Assembly: GCF_004010195.1 (NCBI RefSeq)
Contig: NC_057756.1
Span: forward strand, 2,668,776-2,732,775
DNA from: Chiloscyllium plagiosum
Taxonomy: Eukaryota
DNA length: 64,000 nucleotides
Direction: 5' to 3'
The translations under genes and the position numbers were made by a program. Position 1 is the first letter of the stretch, and each line of letters begins with the position of its first letter. Shown here one piece after another: positions 1 through 14,095 of this stretch. Below the pieces are notes generated by a model, which made no database searches, had not been told where the DNA came from, and worked only from the letters and a program-made list of their open reading frames with translations.

Positions 1-489
1 GGATAGTCAAGACTATTATCTAAGTGTGGCATGGTATCTTGATGGGAGGTGTCGATGGGCCAAAAAGTTGTCAAAGATATTTAATTTAGATAAACTCGTT
101 GAGATGCATTTTTAAGTCAACTCAAATCATAGTTAATGGAAAGCTCTGAAGAGTGTTCTGGGGACTCAGGCACATATTTCCTTAAAAGAGGTACCACAGT
201 TTGGCGATGAGCCATTTGGCATTCCTGCCTTTATTCATCCAAGCATCATGTATAGGTTTTGGAGAGACATTTGCGCGCTCACATGTGGAATAGTGCAGAT
301 AGCCCTGTTGTAGAAAGAATTTTATTCGAACTGAAAGTGTGCAGAATATAAAACAATGTTTCTCCCGGTACTACAGGGCATGAGTGTTTGGTGAGGTTGG
401 ATTGGCTGTGATTTGTTCCCTGGAAAGTTAAGGGTTGCAATTCTACATGTTTATAAATCCAAGAGGAAAACAGATACGGTGAATAACAA

Positions 490-1010
490 CGAGGTACAAA
501 ACATGCGTCCAGACCTCCCCGCTCACTTCCATCCAATGCCCAAATGGATACTTCCACATGCCGTAGAGATTTTCCTGCACTGCCACTAGCTTCATGTTCG
601 GTGTCCATTACAGTTCTTGGGTCTCCTCTACATGGGTAGACAGAATGCTTACTTGCAGAGCATTTCAAAGAACATCTCTGAGATAAAAAAGCCACCACAT
701 TGTTGCCAATGTCTGTCATTCCTCTTCAAACTCAGTTAAAGAAATGCAAGTCCTGGGCCCCCTCCACTGCCTAACTCTAGACACGTGACGCCTAGAGGAA
801 GAACTCCTCATTTTCTGCCTTGGGACTCTTCAAACACACGGAATCAATATTGATTTCATCAGTTTCCTCATTTCCGCTCTTACCGTCTTATCCTGGATTC
901 AATATTCCAACTTGGCATTTCCGAATTGATCCTGCATTCTCTCATGCGATCATCAACTGTTGGATTTGGAACGGCATTTGCGAGGCCTGTTTTTGGAGTA
1001 CTGAATGTAG
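490..1010 (+). mobile_element. Penelope-like element 3' fragment (GIY-YIG end) inserted in an old CR1 fragment
   Basis: Similar to 40330-40780 (HF(K/R)EHL and LEEE...LG-like remnants). Confidence 0.7.
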
Positions 1011-1570
1011 CCCTGCTGTAGGGAGGGCATTGTGACATTCCCAAATGTGCAAAAATATAAATGCATGGTTTCTTCTTGGACTACAGGAAGTCTTATAATG
1101 AGAGGTTGGTTTAGATGAGATTTGTTCCCAGGAAGGTACAAGGTTGAGGGGTGACATTATACGTGTGTATTAATTTCAGAATTTAATAGTGAAGATAAAT
1201 GAACAAGGCTCTTTCCCTCTACAGAGGAGTTCAAAATACGGGGAAACGTTTGAAATTGCAGACGGTGGTGAGCAAATGACAATAACTGTTGCATGAAGTG
1301 ATAGATGCCGGCAGAATTATATTATGTTAAACACAATTGGTCAAGTACACAAAGAGATGAGGGTTAAGGGGATTTTGGCCAACCACAGGTGATGGGAGAG
1401 ACTTACTTTCAGATACCTGATATCAGGTGGACAATTCGGATTGAAGATTATGATCCATTCTGTATTTCTCCAGGATCCTATGAACTTATCATTAAAAAAG
1501 GATGTTGATAATTGATTTTGCTTCCAGTTTAACATATGATTTTATTTAGTGTTCGATTTCACTGTTGCAG

Positions 1571-1591
1571 AACTTGAAAACGAACGAATTA
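1571..1591 (+). CDS. 21-nt micro-exon A1, heptad xLENERI
   Basis: ttcactgttgcag|AACTTGAAAACGAACGAATTA|gtaagt; canonical splice sites, phase 1-1; homologous exons at 24929, 31406, 51603, 61819. Confidence 0.8.
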
Positions 1592-3019
1592 GTAAGTCTT
1601 TCTCTCATCACATAACTTAAACTTAATTTGTATCCTTTTTCGTCACAGGGATATGAGATTTCAATACTGTGAATTTTATTACGTTCCATATGTGTTGAAA
1701 ATATATTTGTGTGAAAAAGGTGATTTAGACAGTCGGTGAATCACGGATTTAGTTCACCAAATTGAATTATAATCAAAGTTAACACCTTCTTGCGAACTGT
1801 ATACGACAAATAACAGGAACTGTTGCATAGAAAGACTTTTTATTGCTAAACTGAAGTGGGAGATTTTATATCAGAGAAACGGCAATTATACAAATCCCTT
1901 GCGGTTTTCTATCGAAATGAACATAAATTAAATGAGGAATATACATCTAGCCTTTGGGGATAAACGAAATTTAAATATGAAAAAGAAGGAATGACAATTG
2001 ACAAAAGAAAGCAACCAATCTATTTCCAAAAAATTCTGTAGAAGAGCAATAAGATTGTGACATAACAGAAATGGTGAATATTACACATTGATTCGGATGA
2101 AAAATTATGGACTGATGGAAACGTGAGGCAAAAAGAACAGAAAATTCACATCAACATTGATAAATGAACCAAGACGTCTAATGTTGGAAAAAAACAGACT
2201 ACAAATCAACACCAACGACGAGGAGAACAGTGGGTAGATCTGCATAACTTCATGATGGTTTAGGTTTGTGAGATCTTGTCGTAAATGTGAATGTCAGGGC
2301 CGAGTGTCTTTTCACAATGTGCTTCCAAGTTTCTGCCGTGAATTATAAGCAAATATGGTTATTTAATGAGTAATTTTAATCCACTGGGTGATATTTCAGA
2401 AATCTGTCCATTTCAGTTAGTGACAATGAGGAATTTCATGAATCAAATGAACCAAACATGCATGAATATATTTGGAGTCTCAACTTTCATCATTCAGTGC
2501 AAAATGTATGTCAAAGAATGTCGACACAAACAAACATTCAGCGAATAAGGTGAGCACAACACTTGAATGTGGTTCGTGTACGCGGATTTGAAACATCCAA
2601 AACAAATCAAAACCAATTGACAAAAAAAATATATAACATCAGCTAATACACGGAATATTAGGCTACAAGATGGTCGTAAAAGGGCAATAGTCAAGTAGAT
2701 TATTTAAGGTCCTGGAAGAAACATTGGCCAAATTAATTTTGCTGAAAGAAATTAGGAATTATACACGTTCTGTTGCCAAACCTGGATGAATTCAGATAAA
2801 TGGAAATACAGCTTTAAAATAATCTATCACTTCCCATCTGCTCATCAACATGTGGCTACTTATTGTGGTGAAGTTATTCCAGTGGATAGCAAATCTGTTA
2901 ACTGGTATATTGTGAAAGTGATCATTTGCCCAGTACGCTGAAATACCGATATTCATGTTTAAACATGGGACAGTAAGTTATTCTTGCTGTCGTATCACAA
3001 TAGTCTGACCACAGCACAG

Positions 3020-3222
3020 GTGCTGCTCTCTTATTCAAAAGAAACGACTGGGGAGAGGGAGGACCGTGTGATTTAACCTGAGTGCTATTGGACCTCAAGC
3101 GAGGGAAGAGTTGAAGAATGCGTGTCCGACATGGTAACCACTAAGCAGTAATGGGAATTGAACCCATGCTGTTGGTATCTTACTGTAAATGAATGATCCA
3201 GTCAACTGGGATAAACCGGTTC
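3020..3222 (-). mobile_element. tRNA-derived SINE, degenerate
   Basis: GGGAATTGAACCC near 3153 is the reverse complement of a Pol III B-box GGTTCAATTCC; about 200 bp. Confidence 0.5.
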
Positions 3223-3554
3223 TCCACTGCCATATAACGGCTTCTGATCTAAAGAAATAGCATAAAGACACTGCTCAGCACCATTCACTGACTGGCTATA
3301 TTCTGAGTACTGACACACGGTGTACATGCTATTACCTACTGTCTTATTGGGTTACAGCTGCATGTTACGGTCAAAATAAGCTGTACTTGAGCGGTGCTCA
3401 GGCATGGATTATGTATGGTTACTCAGGAATGCAATAGCAGGAGACATCTAAAAACATCAGATGACAGCGGTCCAATGTGCACATTGGAATGTATGGAGGG
3501 TAGAAGATTGTTTCCTTGCGTGAAATTCTGGAAAGTAAACAGACTTGGTAGAAG

Positions 3555-4095
3555 ATCGAAGGTGATAGTGTAGGGTTTACTGACAGACTGGAGGCCTGTC
3601 CCAGTGGTGTGCCACAACAATCGGTGCTGGGCTATCGCTTTTCATTTTTCATTAAAAATTGATTTGGTTGGGACCATTGATGGAATAGTTAATAGGTTTA
3701 CATAGGACAGCAACTTTGTATATGTAGTGGACAGCGAAGGAGGTTCCCTGAGATTCTGATGCGATCTTGATCAGATGGGTGAATGAGCTGAGGTGTCGCA
3801 GATGGAGTTTAACTTAAAGAAATGTGAGGTACCATATTTTGGAAAGGCAACTTAGAGCTGATCATAACCATTTAATGGTAAGGGCCTGGGGAGCGTTGTT
3901 CATCAAAGAGACCTTGGAGTGTAGCTTCACTGTTCCATGAAAGTGAAGCCGTAGGTAGATGGGATAGTTTTTGATATGCTGTCCTTTATTGATCAAAGCA
4001 CCGAGTAGAGGAGTTCAGAGATCATGTATGGAAAATTGGTAAGGTTTTTTAGGAATATTGTGTGCAATTCGGTTCTCCCTACGGTCGGATAGCTA
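3555..4095 (+). mobile_element. CR1 LINE RT fragment
   Basis: gactggaggcctg...ggtgtgccacaa...tcggtgctggg (W-V-SGVPQGSVLG remnant); homologous to 17630-18200. Confidence 0.85.
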
Positions 4096-4099
4096 AAAC

Positions 4100-7000
4100 A
4101 TTGAACATTGAACTTAAAACTTTGCGACTAAGTGTAGGGCATTCGGCCCTCAATGTTGCGCCGAACTGTGAAATTAATCTGATGCCCATCTCGCCTACAA
4201 CATTCCATTATTATCCATATGTATGCCAAATGCTGGATTAAACGTCCTTAACGTTGGCGAGTCTACTAATGGTGCCACAGCCCATTCCAAACCCCTACTA
4301 CTCTTTGAGGAAATAATCTACCCCAATGCCTACGCTAAATCTATCACACAGCAATTTAAAGCTATGTCCCCTCGGATTAGCCTTCGCACCTGAGGAAAAA
4401 TGCTCTCACTGCCCACACTAAGCCAACTCACAAACCATCTTTTCTACAACGAAAACAACCTCAGTTCCACCAGCTTTTCCTCATAATATCGTCCTTCCAT
4501 ATCAGGCAACATCCTCGCATAAGCCTTTCAAAGCTTCCACTTTCTTCCTGTAATGCGGTGGCCAGAACTGCACGCAATACTCAAGTGTGGGCTTTCCGGT
4601 GTCTTGTTAAGCTGAAGTGTGTCCTTGTGTCTCCGAAACTCAAGCCCTGAACCAATAAAGGCTAACACACGATATGGCTTCGAAACAAACCTCTCAACCT
4701 GGGTGGCAGCATTCAGGGATTTATACACCTGGACACGGAGTTCTCTCTGTTCACCGACACTGCCAGGATATTTACCATTAGCCCAGTACTCTGAAATCCT
4801 GTTACTTCTTCCAAAGTGAACGATCTCACACTTTTCCGCATTAATCTCTATTTGCACATCTCAGCACAGCCCTGCATCTTATTTATGTCCCTCTGTAATC
4901 CACAAAATTCCTTCGGCACTATCCACAAATCTGCCTGTGTTAGTGTCATCTACAAATTTACTAACCCGTTTTCCTATGCCCACCTCCAAATTATTCATAA
5001 AAACAACATGCAGCAGTGGTCCCAAAACAGATCTTTGCCCCACCCCTCTTGTAACTGAGCTCAATGATGAACGTTTTGCATAAACCACCACGCTTTGCCT
5101 TTTTTCAGTTAACCAATTTCTCATCCAGGCGGCTAAATCACCTTCAGTCCTGAAACTACGTGTTTTGTACAATAGCCTACCATTTATAACATTATCAAGC
5201 GTGTACTAAAGTTCAGATACACCACGTCAACCGTTTTAACTTCATCTACCTGTTTTGTCACCTTCTCGAAGAACTCCATAATGTTAATAAGACATGAAGA
5301 TCCCTTCAACAAACAGTGTTCACTATCCCTAATCAGATTATTCATTTCCAAATGATTATAAATCCTATCTTTTATAATCCTCTCGAACACCCTACCAAAA
5401 CTGAAGTAAGGCTCACTTGCCTATTATTTCCAGATTTGTCACGGCTCCCCTTCTAAAACAAGGGAACAACATTTGGAAGACTCCAGTCTTCAGCCACTAC
5501 TCCTGTCGGCAATGATGATATAAAGGTCGAAGCCAAAGGCTCTGCAATCTCCTCGCTAACTTCCCTGAGTTTCCGAGGATAAATCCCAAACGGCCTTATC
5601 TTTTTTCAGAACTTCTAAAATTACTAAAAACTCCTATTTGTCAAACGCAATCCAATCCAGTCTTGTAGCCTCCACTTCAGTATTCTCATTAACGTTGCCC
5701 TTTTCCTATGTGAATACTTATGAAACGTTTTCATAAAGTGCTTCCTCTATGTCCTCAGAGTCCAAACACAACTTTCCACTACTATCTTTGATTTATGTCA
5801 AGCTTACGCTAGTCATTCTTTTATTCCATATGTACCTATGGAAAGCCTTTTGGTTTTACTTGATCCTATCTACTAAGAATTTCTCATAGCCCCTCCTAGC
5901 TCTTCTTTGCCCTCCCTTTAGAGCTTTTCTGGCTAACTGAAACGTCTCAAGCTCCACAAATTGAACCATTACGCCTTATCCTCATATAAGCTTTCGTCTT
6001 TCTTTTTATAAAAGCTTCAACTTCTTTAGTAAACCGTGGTTCCCTCGCTCAACAATTAACTCCATGTCTAATAGGTATATACTTCTCAAGGACCCGCAGT
6101 AGCTGTTCCTTCAATGAGCTCCACATTTCAATAGTGTCCATCCCCTGCAGTTTCCAACCCCATACTACGCATCCTAAATCTTGCATAATAGCATCATGAT
6201 TGCCTTTATCTGCGGTATATACCTATCCCTGTCCATTAATATTGTAAACATAACCGAATTATGGTCGCTATTGCCAAATTGCTCACCCATGTGCTAATCT
6301 AAAAACTGGCCAGGTTCATTCCTCGGTACCAAATCCAATACCTAATCAGAACCTTGTTGGTCTGTCTACGTTCTGTATCAGAAAACCCACCTGCACACAT
6401 TGAACAAAAACCGACCCATCAAAACTACTTGAACAATAGTATCCCTAGTCAATATTGGGGAAGTTAGAGACCCCCATAACAACTACTCTGTTACTTTTAC
6501 TCTTGTTTGCTGTACTTTTCCCGACATTCCTGGAATAATATGGAGACCTATGGAAAAAAAAACTCCGAACAGTGTCACCTTTCCTTTCCTGTTTCTAACG
6601 ACAGCCAAAGATACCTCTGTGGGTAAGTCCTCAGTGGGTAAGTTATCTCAGCTGTTGTAAAATACCCTTATTAACAATGCCACACCCCGCCACTTTTACA
6701 CCTTATCTGTTCTTGCTGAACTATCTGAACCCAGGAATGTGCAACAACCGTTCCTCTCCCTTCTGGAGCCATATCTCTGAAATGGCCACAACGTTGAAAT
6801 CCCAGATATCAACCCATGCTGCAAGATCACCGACCATATACCGGATGCTCGTGGCATTGAAGTACAAACATTTCAAACCAACATAATGATTGCCAGTACC
6901 CTTGCATGACCTTGTACACCTATTCCTGACCTCACCACTCTGAGCCTCCTGTACACTGGAACTATAATTCAGGTTACAATTTCCCTGCTGCACGAGTTTA

Positions 7001-8700
7001 ACAACCACCCACCATGCCCGAAATAGCATTAGCAAATTCGCCCCCCACCGATACTGGTACCCCTTTGCTTCAGGTGAAGACTATTCTGTGTGGAGAGGTA
7101 CAACATTCTTCAGAAAGAGCTCCAATTATCCAATAAACCAAAACACTTTTTTCTACATCATCCCTGCCACCAGGTGCTCAGCTCCACTCTCTCTCTCTTC
7201 CTCGCATCACTAACACGTGGCATGGGCAACTAAACAGAAATACAAACTCTGCTAGTTCCAGCTCAATGACTCCACCCCAGCTCCCTGAATTCTTGCCTCA
7301 GATCCACACTTTATTTCCTACATCTGTCGTTGGTGCCCATGTGGACCACGAGTTGGGGCTGCTCTCCCTTCCCTTCAATGATGCCGAATGTGCATTCAAA
7401 GACACCACGAACCCTGGCTCCTGACATAAAACAAATCAAACGTCAGTCTCTCTCGGTCCCATAGAATGTCCTATCTGTCCCCTGAACAATGAAAGTTCTG
7501 CTCGTCTTACCCTTCTTCTCGGAGCAACATCGACAGACTCTGCGTCAGAGACATGGGTCCCATTGCTTATCTGGGTAAGTCATTCCCAAACCTCCGCCCA
7601 ACAAGTCCAAAAGGGTATACTTGTTCTTGAGGTGGAACCACCACAGTACATCCCTGCAGTGCCTGCCTGTTCCCTTTCCTGTCGCTGGAGGAAACCATCT
7701 ACCTTCTTCACGTGGCTATGGAAAAAAATAACTCTGTTATGGACAAGGCCAGACCACTCAAAACGTTCTTAAGCAGGCAGCTGTAAATCTAAGTTTGCAA
7801 TTTTTTTCAATAAGGGTGCATTGAAAATTAGCTGGAGTAAGATAGCTAGGTTGACTACTAGATTTCAAAAGAGACAAAAGTTTTTTTCACAAAATTACAC
7901 AATGCGATTCAACGAATAGAATAATGAACTCCTACAGAACTCAACCTATCCAGCTGGACATAACTATGGTTTTCAGAGTACACAAAACGGTCCCAATAAC
8001 CAAACTCCATTTTAAAGATAGTATAAATGGGACACATGCGGTCAGATTGAAGTTGAAGAGCAGAAAAGAAAGAGAGTTTTCATACAGCTCCTTCTTGAAT
8101 TTCACAGTTCAGGATTGAACTAAAATGCTCAGCTCAGCAAGCTAACGAAGTTGACTCCCATTTCGTTCCACAGGTCAATTCTAAAGCACGACCACTTTGG
8201 TCTGAAGACTCATCTGTTTACATATTAACAAAACACATCTAAAAAACCCTTTCATCTGTGTACCAAAGGAGACTAATCGGTATCCGGACCGGTTTATTGT
8301 CCCTCAGTGGAACAAAAATAGGCTTAGAGAATCCATGAGCCAAGGAACAGATTTTAGAAAAAAAGAAGGGACGAGCTTAGTGACACTGTAACTTATCTCA
8401 GTAACCACCTCGGCCTTCTGAATGATCCAAAGTTCATCAAGCTCCAGCTCTAGTACCCTAACACGGTTCTCGAGAGGCTAGAGTTGGATGAACTTCCTAC
8501 AAAGAAGTCAGCAGGGATACTAGAGGAGACACTTAACTCCCACATACTCCAGGAGTAACATTCAACTGCTCAAACCTCTATTTCCGCCATTCTAGCTTAC
8601 AAAATAGAGTACCAATAAAAATGAACATGAAAGAAAACAGTTGCCACCCTATCAACCAGCGCACTGTTTTTTTTGTGCTTAGAGGACGTCTCCGACTGTG
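4100..8700 (-). mobile_element. Near-full-length decayed CR1 LINE (ORF1 esterase + ORF2 endonuclease/RT)
   Basis: Minus-strand ORF pieces LKCLYFNATSIR..VVAISEIWL (APE endonuclease start), FERIIKDRIYNHLE..VDVVYLNFS, GVGQRSVLGPLL..KFVDDT, KCEIVHFGRSN (RT); VVHMGTND near 7340 (SGNH-type ORF1); microsatellite tail near 4100. Confidence 0.92.
7735..8385 (-). mobile_element. About 650-bp solo-LTR-like insertion interrupting CR1 ORF1
   Basis: TGTTA...TGACA termini; CR1 sequence resumes on both sides; related sequences at 32912-33525 and 59261-60195. Confidence 0.55.
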
Positions 8701-8764
8701 TCCAGGAACTGAAGAAATTTAAACCGTATATTCACTGGAGACCTCGTGACGTCTCCGACTTCCT

Positions 8765-9110
8765 CCAGAACCGCAATGTTGTGAAATTTGTAAAGTGTCA
8801 GAAAAGATTTACAAGGGTGTTGCCAGGGATGGAATCATACAGTTTCATGTGGGAGGAGAAAAATAAAGAAAGTTAAAGAGCAACTTTTTCAGACAGCGTT
8901 TTTTACGTGTATGGAATGAGCAGCAGACGAATTGATGGAGGATGTTACACGTACAAAATAAAAACGGCATTTGGGTGGATATCTGATGGGAAGATCTCTA
9001 AGGATATGTGCCGAGTGTGGACAAAATGAACTAAATTAGTTTCGGATATCTGATCAGCGTGGACGTATGTTGAGCAAAACTTCTGTTTCCGTGCTGTACA
9101 TAACAATATC
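8765..9110 (+). mobile_element. CR1 LINE 3' fragment
   Basis: VVKFVKCQKRFTRVLPGME plus CR1 3' UTR ending ctgtttccgtgctgtac. Confidence 0.8.
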
Positions 9111-10040
9111 GTTATGACCTGCACGCCCTCTTGATAATTAACACCATCTAAACTCATGAAAAGAAATTATTATTTTATTATCCATCCGAAGACCTTCATG
9201 TCATTCATTCATCTATCAAGTAGTTTATTTTTGAACGTAAACTCATCCAGGTTTCTGTAATACATGTTACAAAGTGACTGCATATAAATGTAAATAATCA
9301 CTTGAATCCACATGCAGCCATCCTATTGTTTAATTCGCCTCTGCATTCCCTCGCTTGTTAAGGGAATCCTAGACTTCAGTCTTGTTTTTCCAACAATCCT
9401 TCCAGTAATGCGACAATGAGTTTGACATCCAAAAGTTCTCCCATTACATCAAACTGTTAACGAATACTTTTTAAACAAGGAACAATCAAGAAAATATGTT
9501 TTCTCCAAGAACTCGAGACAATCACAACCATCACAAAAACACCATCATATTTACCTCGTCACCTGCCTTGAAATTCTACATATCACTTATTTGGAACGAT
9601 ATCCAAAACAGCTGGAACATATACACAGAACAGCGGGCTTGATGAACAGTGTGACACTGGGTGTTTGAGCATTCCAAGTAGGCATTTATCACATAAATAC
9701 CATATATTGCTAAATGTTCTAAGCAGATTACAATATGAGTTTTGTTCATTTAATATTTGTGTTGTTATTGCATTTCTGCAGGCACCTATCATTTATAATT
9801 GTTTTGATCCACCGAGAAATCATATTCTGATATATATTTGATTCTGATTTGTATGCGAGCGTTGCTGCCGTTGTGAAAGATTGTGAAATTAAAGCCAGCA
9901 TTCAGATATTGTGGAAAACCTGTTTCGAAATGTTGTCAAAAGAGTTGTACTATAATTCTAACTGCTGTAACTGTGCATGGCTAATTGGGAATGCAACAAT
10001 GCCTTCTTACTTAATTGAACATTTCTGTTGCGTCTTACAG

Positions 10041-10061
10041 AGTTCAGAAAATATCAAGAAG
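10041..10061 (+). CDS. 21-nt micro-exon B1, heptad (K/E)FRKYQE
   Basis: ttgcgtcttacag|AGTTCAGAAAATATCAAGAAG|gtgaga; homologues at 17180, 41322, 55255. Confidence 0.8.
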
Positions 10062-10309
10062 GTGAGAAATCTAAAACGCTGCAGACAATCTGACAAAAGA
10101 TTGCGATGAAACTGTGACTTTTTTATGTTGAAGGCGAATGGAACTGGACTAATGTGAAATGAACATCTGCTCTAATCTAAAGAAACACAATGGTGAAAAT
10201 AATCCAAGTTATTTTTATCTGCAGATATTTCAACTCATGATACAACATGAATATATTCTGAGAATCTGTGTAACTCTTAAAAATGTGGTCGGGCATTTAC
10301 TGCTAGCAT

Positions 10310-12330
10310 TTTTTAAAATTTGCAATATTGTACTTTTTCTCACAAATACATACAAAAAATTGCATTCATGCCCTCAGTTGAAACAGTTGGTAATATCCAA
10401 GTCATGTTATTGACCTATTAAGGTGAATACTCTTTTGGACCAGGCCACACCCCTTTCAAACATCTGGAAAGCTAATCAAGTACGAATGTTTCTAGTTGTT
10501 TTAAGCAGGTGTAACTTGGGTATGTAAGGAGTGAAACGGCTAGTCAAACCATTCAATTGTAAACAAAACAGAAGTTACTTACAAATCACAGAAAGAAAAT
10601 TTGTCTAACGAAAACAGAACTTACAAAAACAATTACTTGAAACCTTGGTAGATGCAATAAACCGTAATTTAACAAAATTCCTTTCAGATTTCCTGTATAA
10701 TCCCATAAACAGACCAGTGGGCAAAAAGGTAAATTCAAGCACAGCTTTCTTACGAGAGAGAGATTGCAGAGAGAATAGTCCATTGATCACTAGCTGAAAC
10801 ATGGAACCTCTTTTTTTTTAAATAGCAGCTTCTCGGTGTTCCCAGCAAAACCTAAAGGTAACTGGAAAAATCCCTGAATTGGGACAACTGGTCACTCTCC
10901 ATCAATTATAGAAATTCTGGTTAAAAAAACCTATGTATTCCCCTTCCACTGATTCTTGCCTGGAGCAAAATCTCTCAGCAAAAATCAAAGTGGTATAATT
11001 TCTGACACATGATAATTTTCGTCGTTGACGATTCCCTTTGGAAGAAAATAGTACGGAAGACATAACCTTGTAAAAGCAACAGCACCATCAAAATAAAGTA
11101 ACTCTCATCTAAAACAATAGACGGTATCTGTTTTGCCTCAAATGAAAACTGTAATAATTAATCAACGTACTCACAATGCCTAAAAAGAACATTTTAATTT
11201 AGAAATTTGTTCATCCACTAAACCCATCTATTTCCTGACAACAAAGGAAAAGCCACAATGCCTCTTCCTCTATCTTCCATGTTCTCAGCTGTTTAATCAA
11301 AATAAAACATGTCAAGAACTAAAAGGCGAGGTCACGTCCCGTGGGTAAGGTAGTCTAGAATGAGGAGGAGTAGGATTACTGTGTCAGGAGAAAGATTAAA
11401 GAGACGTAAAGAGCAACGTTTCACGCAAAGGCTGTAAATTAGAAAGCATTTTGCAATATTCTACTTTATCACAAATATGCACAAAACTTTGCATTCATAC
11501 ACTCAATCAAAACGCTTAGTAGTGTCCAGGTCGTGTACATTAATCTCATAAGATGAACACTGTTATATACCAGTCCGAGCCTCTTCCAAACATAACAAAA
11601 TTTATTCCTGAACCTCACCTTTCTAGTTGTTCTTTGCAGGGAAAATTTCGATGTTCAAGGAGTGATTTCGCTTGTCAAACCATTCATTTTTAAACAATAC
11701 AAAAGCTGTTCAAATAAAACAGAATTTACAAAACAACTATTTGAATACTCGATGGATACGATATCACTGGCAATTTAACAAAATGCTATTCCGATTTCCT
11801 GCAAGTTCCCATGAACAAACCAGTTGGAAAAAAGTTAAATTCTAACACAGCTTTGTTTTTGTTCAGTCGGGAGATTGGAGAGACAATGATCCAGTGGTCA
11901 CTAGCTCAAACATGGAAACTCATTTTTTTAACAGGCATCTTCTCAGGGTCCCTATGAAACTCTAAAAGAAGCTCGAAAAATCCTTGAACTGGGAGAAGGA
12001 CTCGCTTCCCGTCCATTGTAGAAATGCTTGTAAGAAGAAACTTATCTGCCCCCTTGCCTGATTCTTGTCTGGAGCAGTATCTATTACACCCAATCAAAGT
12101 GGCATGAATTCAGACTCATCATAACTTCTGCCTTTACTATCCCTTTTGGAAAACAATAGGGAAAATGTAGCCTTGTTAAAGTAGCAGCATTGCGACAATA
12201 CGTTAATTCCTGTCTTTAAAAAATCTAACAACGACATTTGTGTTGCCTCAAATGAAAACCGAAATTAAGACATCAGTGAATTCACGATGCTGAAAATGAT
12301 TTAACATTAGAAATTTGTAAATGCACGAAA
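10310..12330 (+). repeat. Local tandem duplication of about 1.1 kb of intron
   Basis: 10310-11330 aligns by eye with 11450-12330 (tttgcaatatt...tcacaaata; gtcaaaccattca; gcctcaaatgaaaac); single copies near 18720 and 41590. Confidence 0.8.
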
Positions 12331-12342
12331 GCATTTATGTGC

Positions 12343-12641
12343 CGCACAGTGGCACTGCTGCTTCACAGCGCCACAATCCGGGTTCAATTCACGCCTCAAG
12401 GGACTGACTGTGTGGAGCTTGCACATTCTCACCGTGTCTGCGTGGGTTTCCTCCGGGTGCACCGGTTTTCTCACACACACCAAAAAATGTGCAGGTTAGG
12501 TGAATTGGCCGTGCTAAATTGTCCGTAGTGTTAGGTGAAAGAGTAAGTATAGGGTAATGGGTCTGGGTGGGTTGCGCTTCGGCGGATCGGTGTGGACTTG
12601 TTGGCCGGGCCTGTTTCCACACTGTAAGTAATCTAATCTAA
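12343..12641 (+). mobile_element. HE1-like tRNA-derived V-SINE
   Basis: B-box gggttcaatt, V-domain ctgtgtggagcttgcacattctc..gtgtctgcgtgggtttcctccggg, CR1-like tail taatctaatcta. Confidence 0.88.
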
Positions 12642-12967
12642 AAATCCATCCATTTACTGACAGTCAAGGAAAATGCACCCTGCCTTGTCTTCTCCATTCC
12701 CTGTTTTCAGATATGTTAGTTTAAAAATATTCTCACGAATTAAAACCCATTGCCTCTTCCCGTGGGTAAGGTACTCCAGAACTAGACATCGGTTTAGCGT
12801 GATTGGACTGAGCTACGTGTATGGACTGAGCTGCCAGAGGAAATCTGAAGTCTATTATATGACTTAAATGGCATCTGAATGGACATTTGAATGGCGAGCG
12901 TTCAGAGAGATATGGGCCACGTGCTGGTGTATATAAACGATTAATGGTTTACTAATTTGTCCGCCAG

Positions 12968-12988
12968 ATACGAAGAGGTGCAATAATG
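12968..12988 (+). CDS. 21-nt micro-exon C1, DTKRCNN; weak donor, possibly skipped
   Basis: tttactaatttgtccgccag|ATACGAAGAGGTGCAATAATG|gtgaca; +5 G of the donor lost and core Leu replaced by Thr. Confidence 0.4.
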
Positions 12989-13694
12989 GTGACACTCCTT
13001 AACAAAAAAACAAATTCTTAACTGAGCGGATGAGAGGAGATGGACTGGTTATAATTGAGCTTTTGGTTATGCTCAAATGGGATAAGACATTCATAAATTT
13101 ATCTGCTGCAAAGTTTATTAGTAGCACAAAGTTTACACTGTGGTGATGAGACGAAATAAATAATAAACATATTTTATAACGTGATAGATTGATAGATTGG
13201 AACCTAAATTCCAGATTTTCTAGTGTGAGTAAATTCGACACTAAAATGTATCAGGGACTGCACCTCCACACGTAATAACTTTCATGTTACATTAAAACCA
13301 AGCTCGTCAATTTTATAATGAATGGAATTACCTCGATAATTCACTAAAACTGTGCCAAAGTCAATTTGGCTTGCAAATTCATTCTTTGAACAGATGATAT
13401 TATAAATGCCACACTCAACACTCAACACTCCATTGCACGGGAAATGCCCACCTCAATTTCGCCTGCATCCTGATCGTCACCAATTAACAAGCTCTTCTCA
13501 TTAGCCAACAAAATGCTAGCGCGAGCTTTGTGAGTTGACACTTGACAATTTATGAAACAGAAAAAATCCTTTTGCTCACCACGCATTCAATCGAATGTAA
13601 ATGATTCTGGATATATTATGTTTAGATCTTCTGCTCCCATTTCTTCCTTATTCTCTTCGACCACCGAGACAATTATTTGACTTTTTACTCTTCT

Positions 13695-14095
13695 GTAAAA
13701 TTAGTCCATGTCAACCAGATTTCTCAAATTAGACCAGTCCATTTGTCTGCAGATGACATGCATCCCTCCAAATCTTTTATGTTGATGTCCTTGACATAAA
13801 ATCATTCAAATGCCGCAACTTTATCTGCATCCATTACTTTGTCTCCCTCTGCAATTAAGCAGTTGATATTCAAGTGTCTTTTAATTATTTCTTCGGTCAA
13901 CTTTAAACATTTTCCTGTAGTTGTGAACTCATCTACCCTTGGGAAAACACCTTGTTTATTTACCTTATCTATTTGCCTCTTGGACTCATAACTGTGTAAA
14001 AGGTCACTGAACAATATTCTACCTTTCAGGGAACAAATCGCAGTCAATCCCACCTCTCCTCATAGCTCACGCTCTATGAAACTTGATTAAGTGTA
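13695..14095 (-). mobile_element. CR1 LINE 3' fragment, inverted
   Basis: Reverse complement matches the CR1 3' end at about 24400-24800. Confidence 0.75.

Noticed and set aside
4100..8700. Active CR1 element
   Set aside because: ORF2 is broken into many short frames and ORF1 is interrupted by an insertion.
10225..10245. Acceptor-like ctgcag|ATATTTCAACTC as another heptad exon (also near 41491)
   Set aside because: No GT donor follows at 21 nt in any copy, and the AG is missing in other modules.
10509..10530. A fifth micro-exon type (cag + 22 nt + gtga; also near 11640, 18909, 41773)
   Set aside because: The 22-nt length breaks frame, the internal sequence is poorly conserved and donors lack +5 G; this is better explained as duplicated intron.
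12343..12420. tRNA genes at SINE heads (also 28150-28225, 44307-44380)
   Set aside because: These are A/B-box-containing SINE heads followed by V-domain and LINE-derived tail, with no complete cloverleaf.
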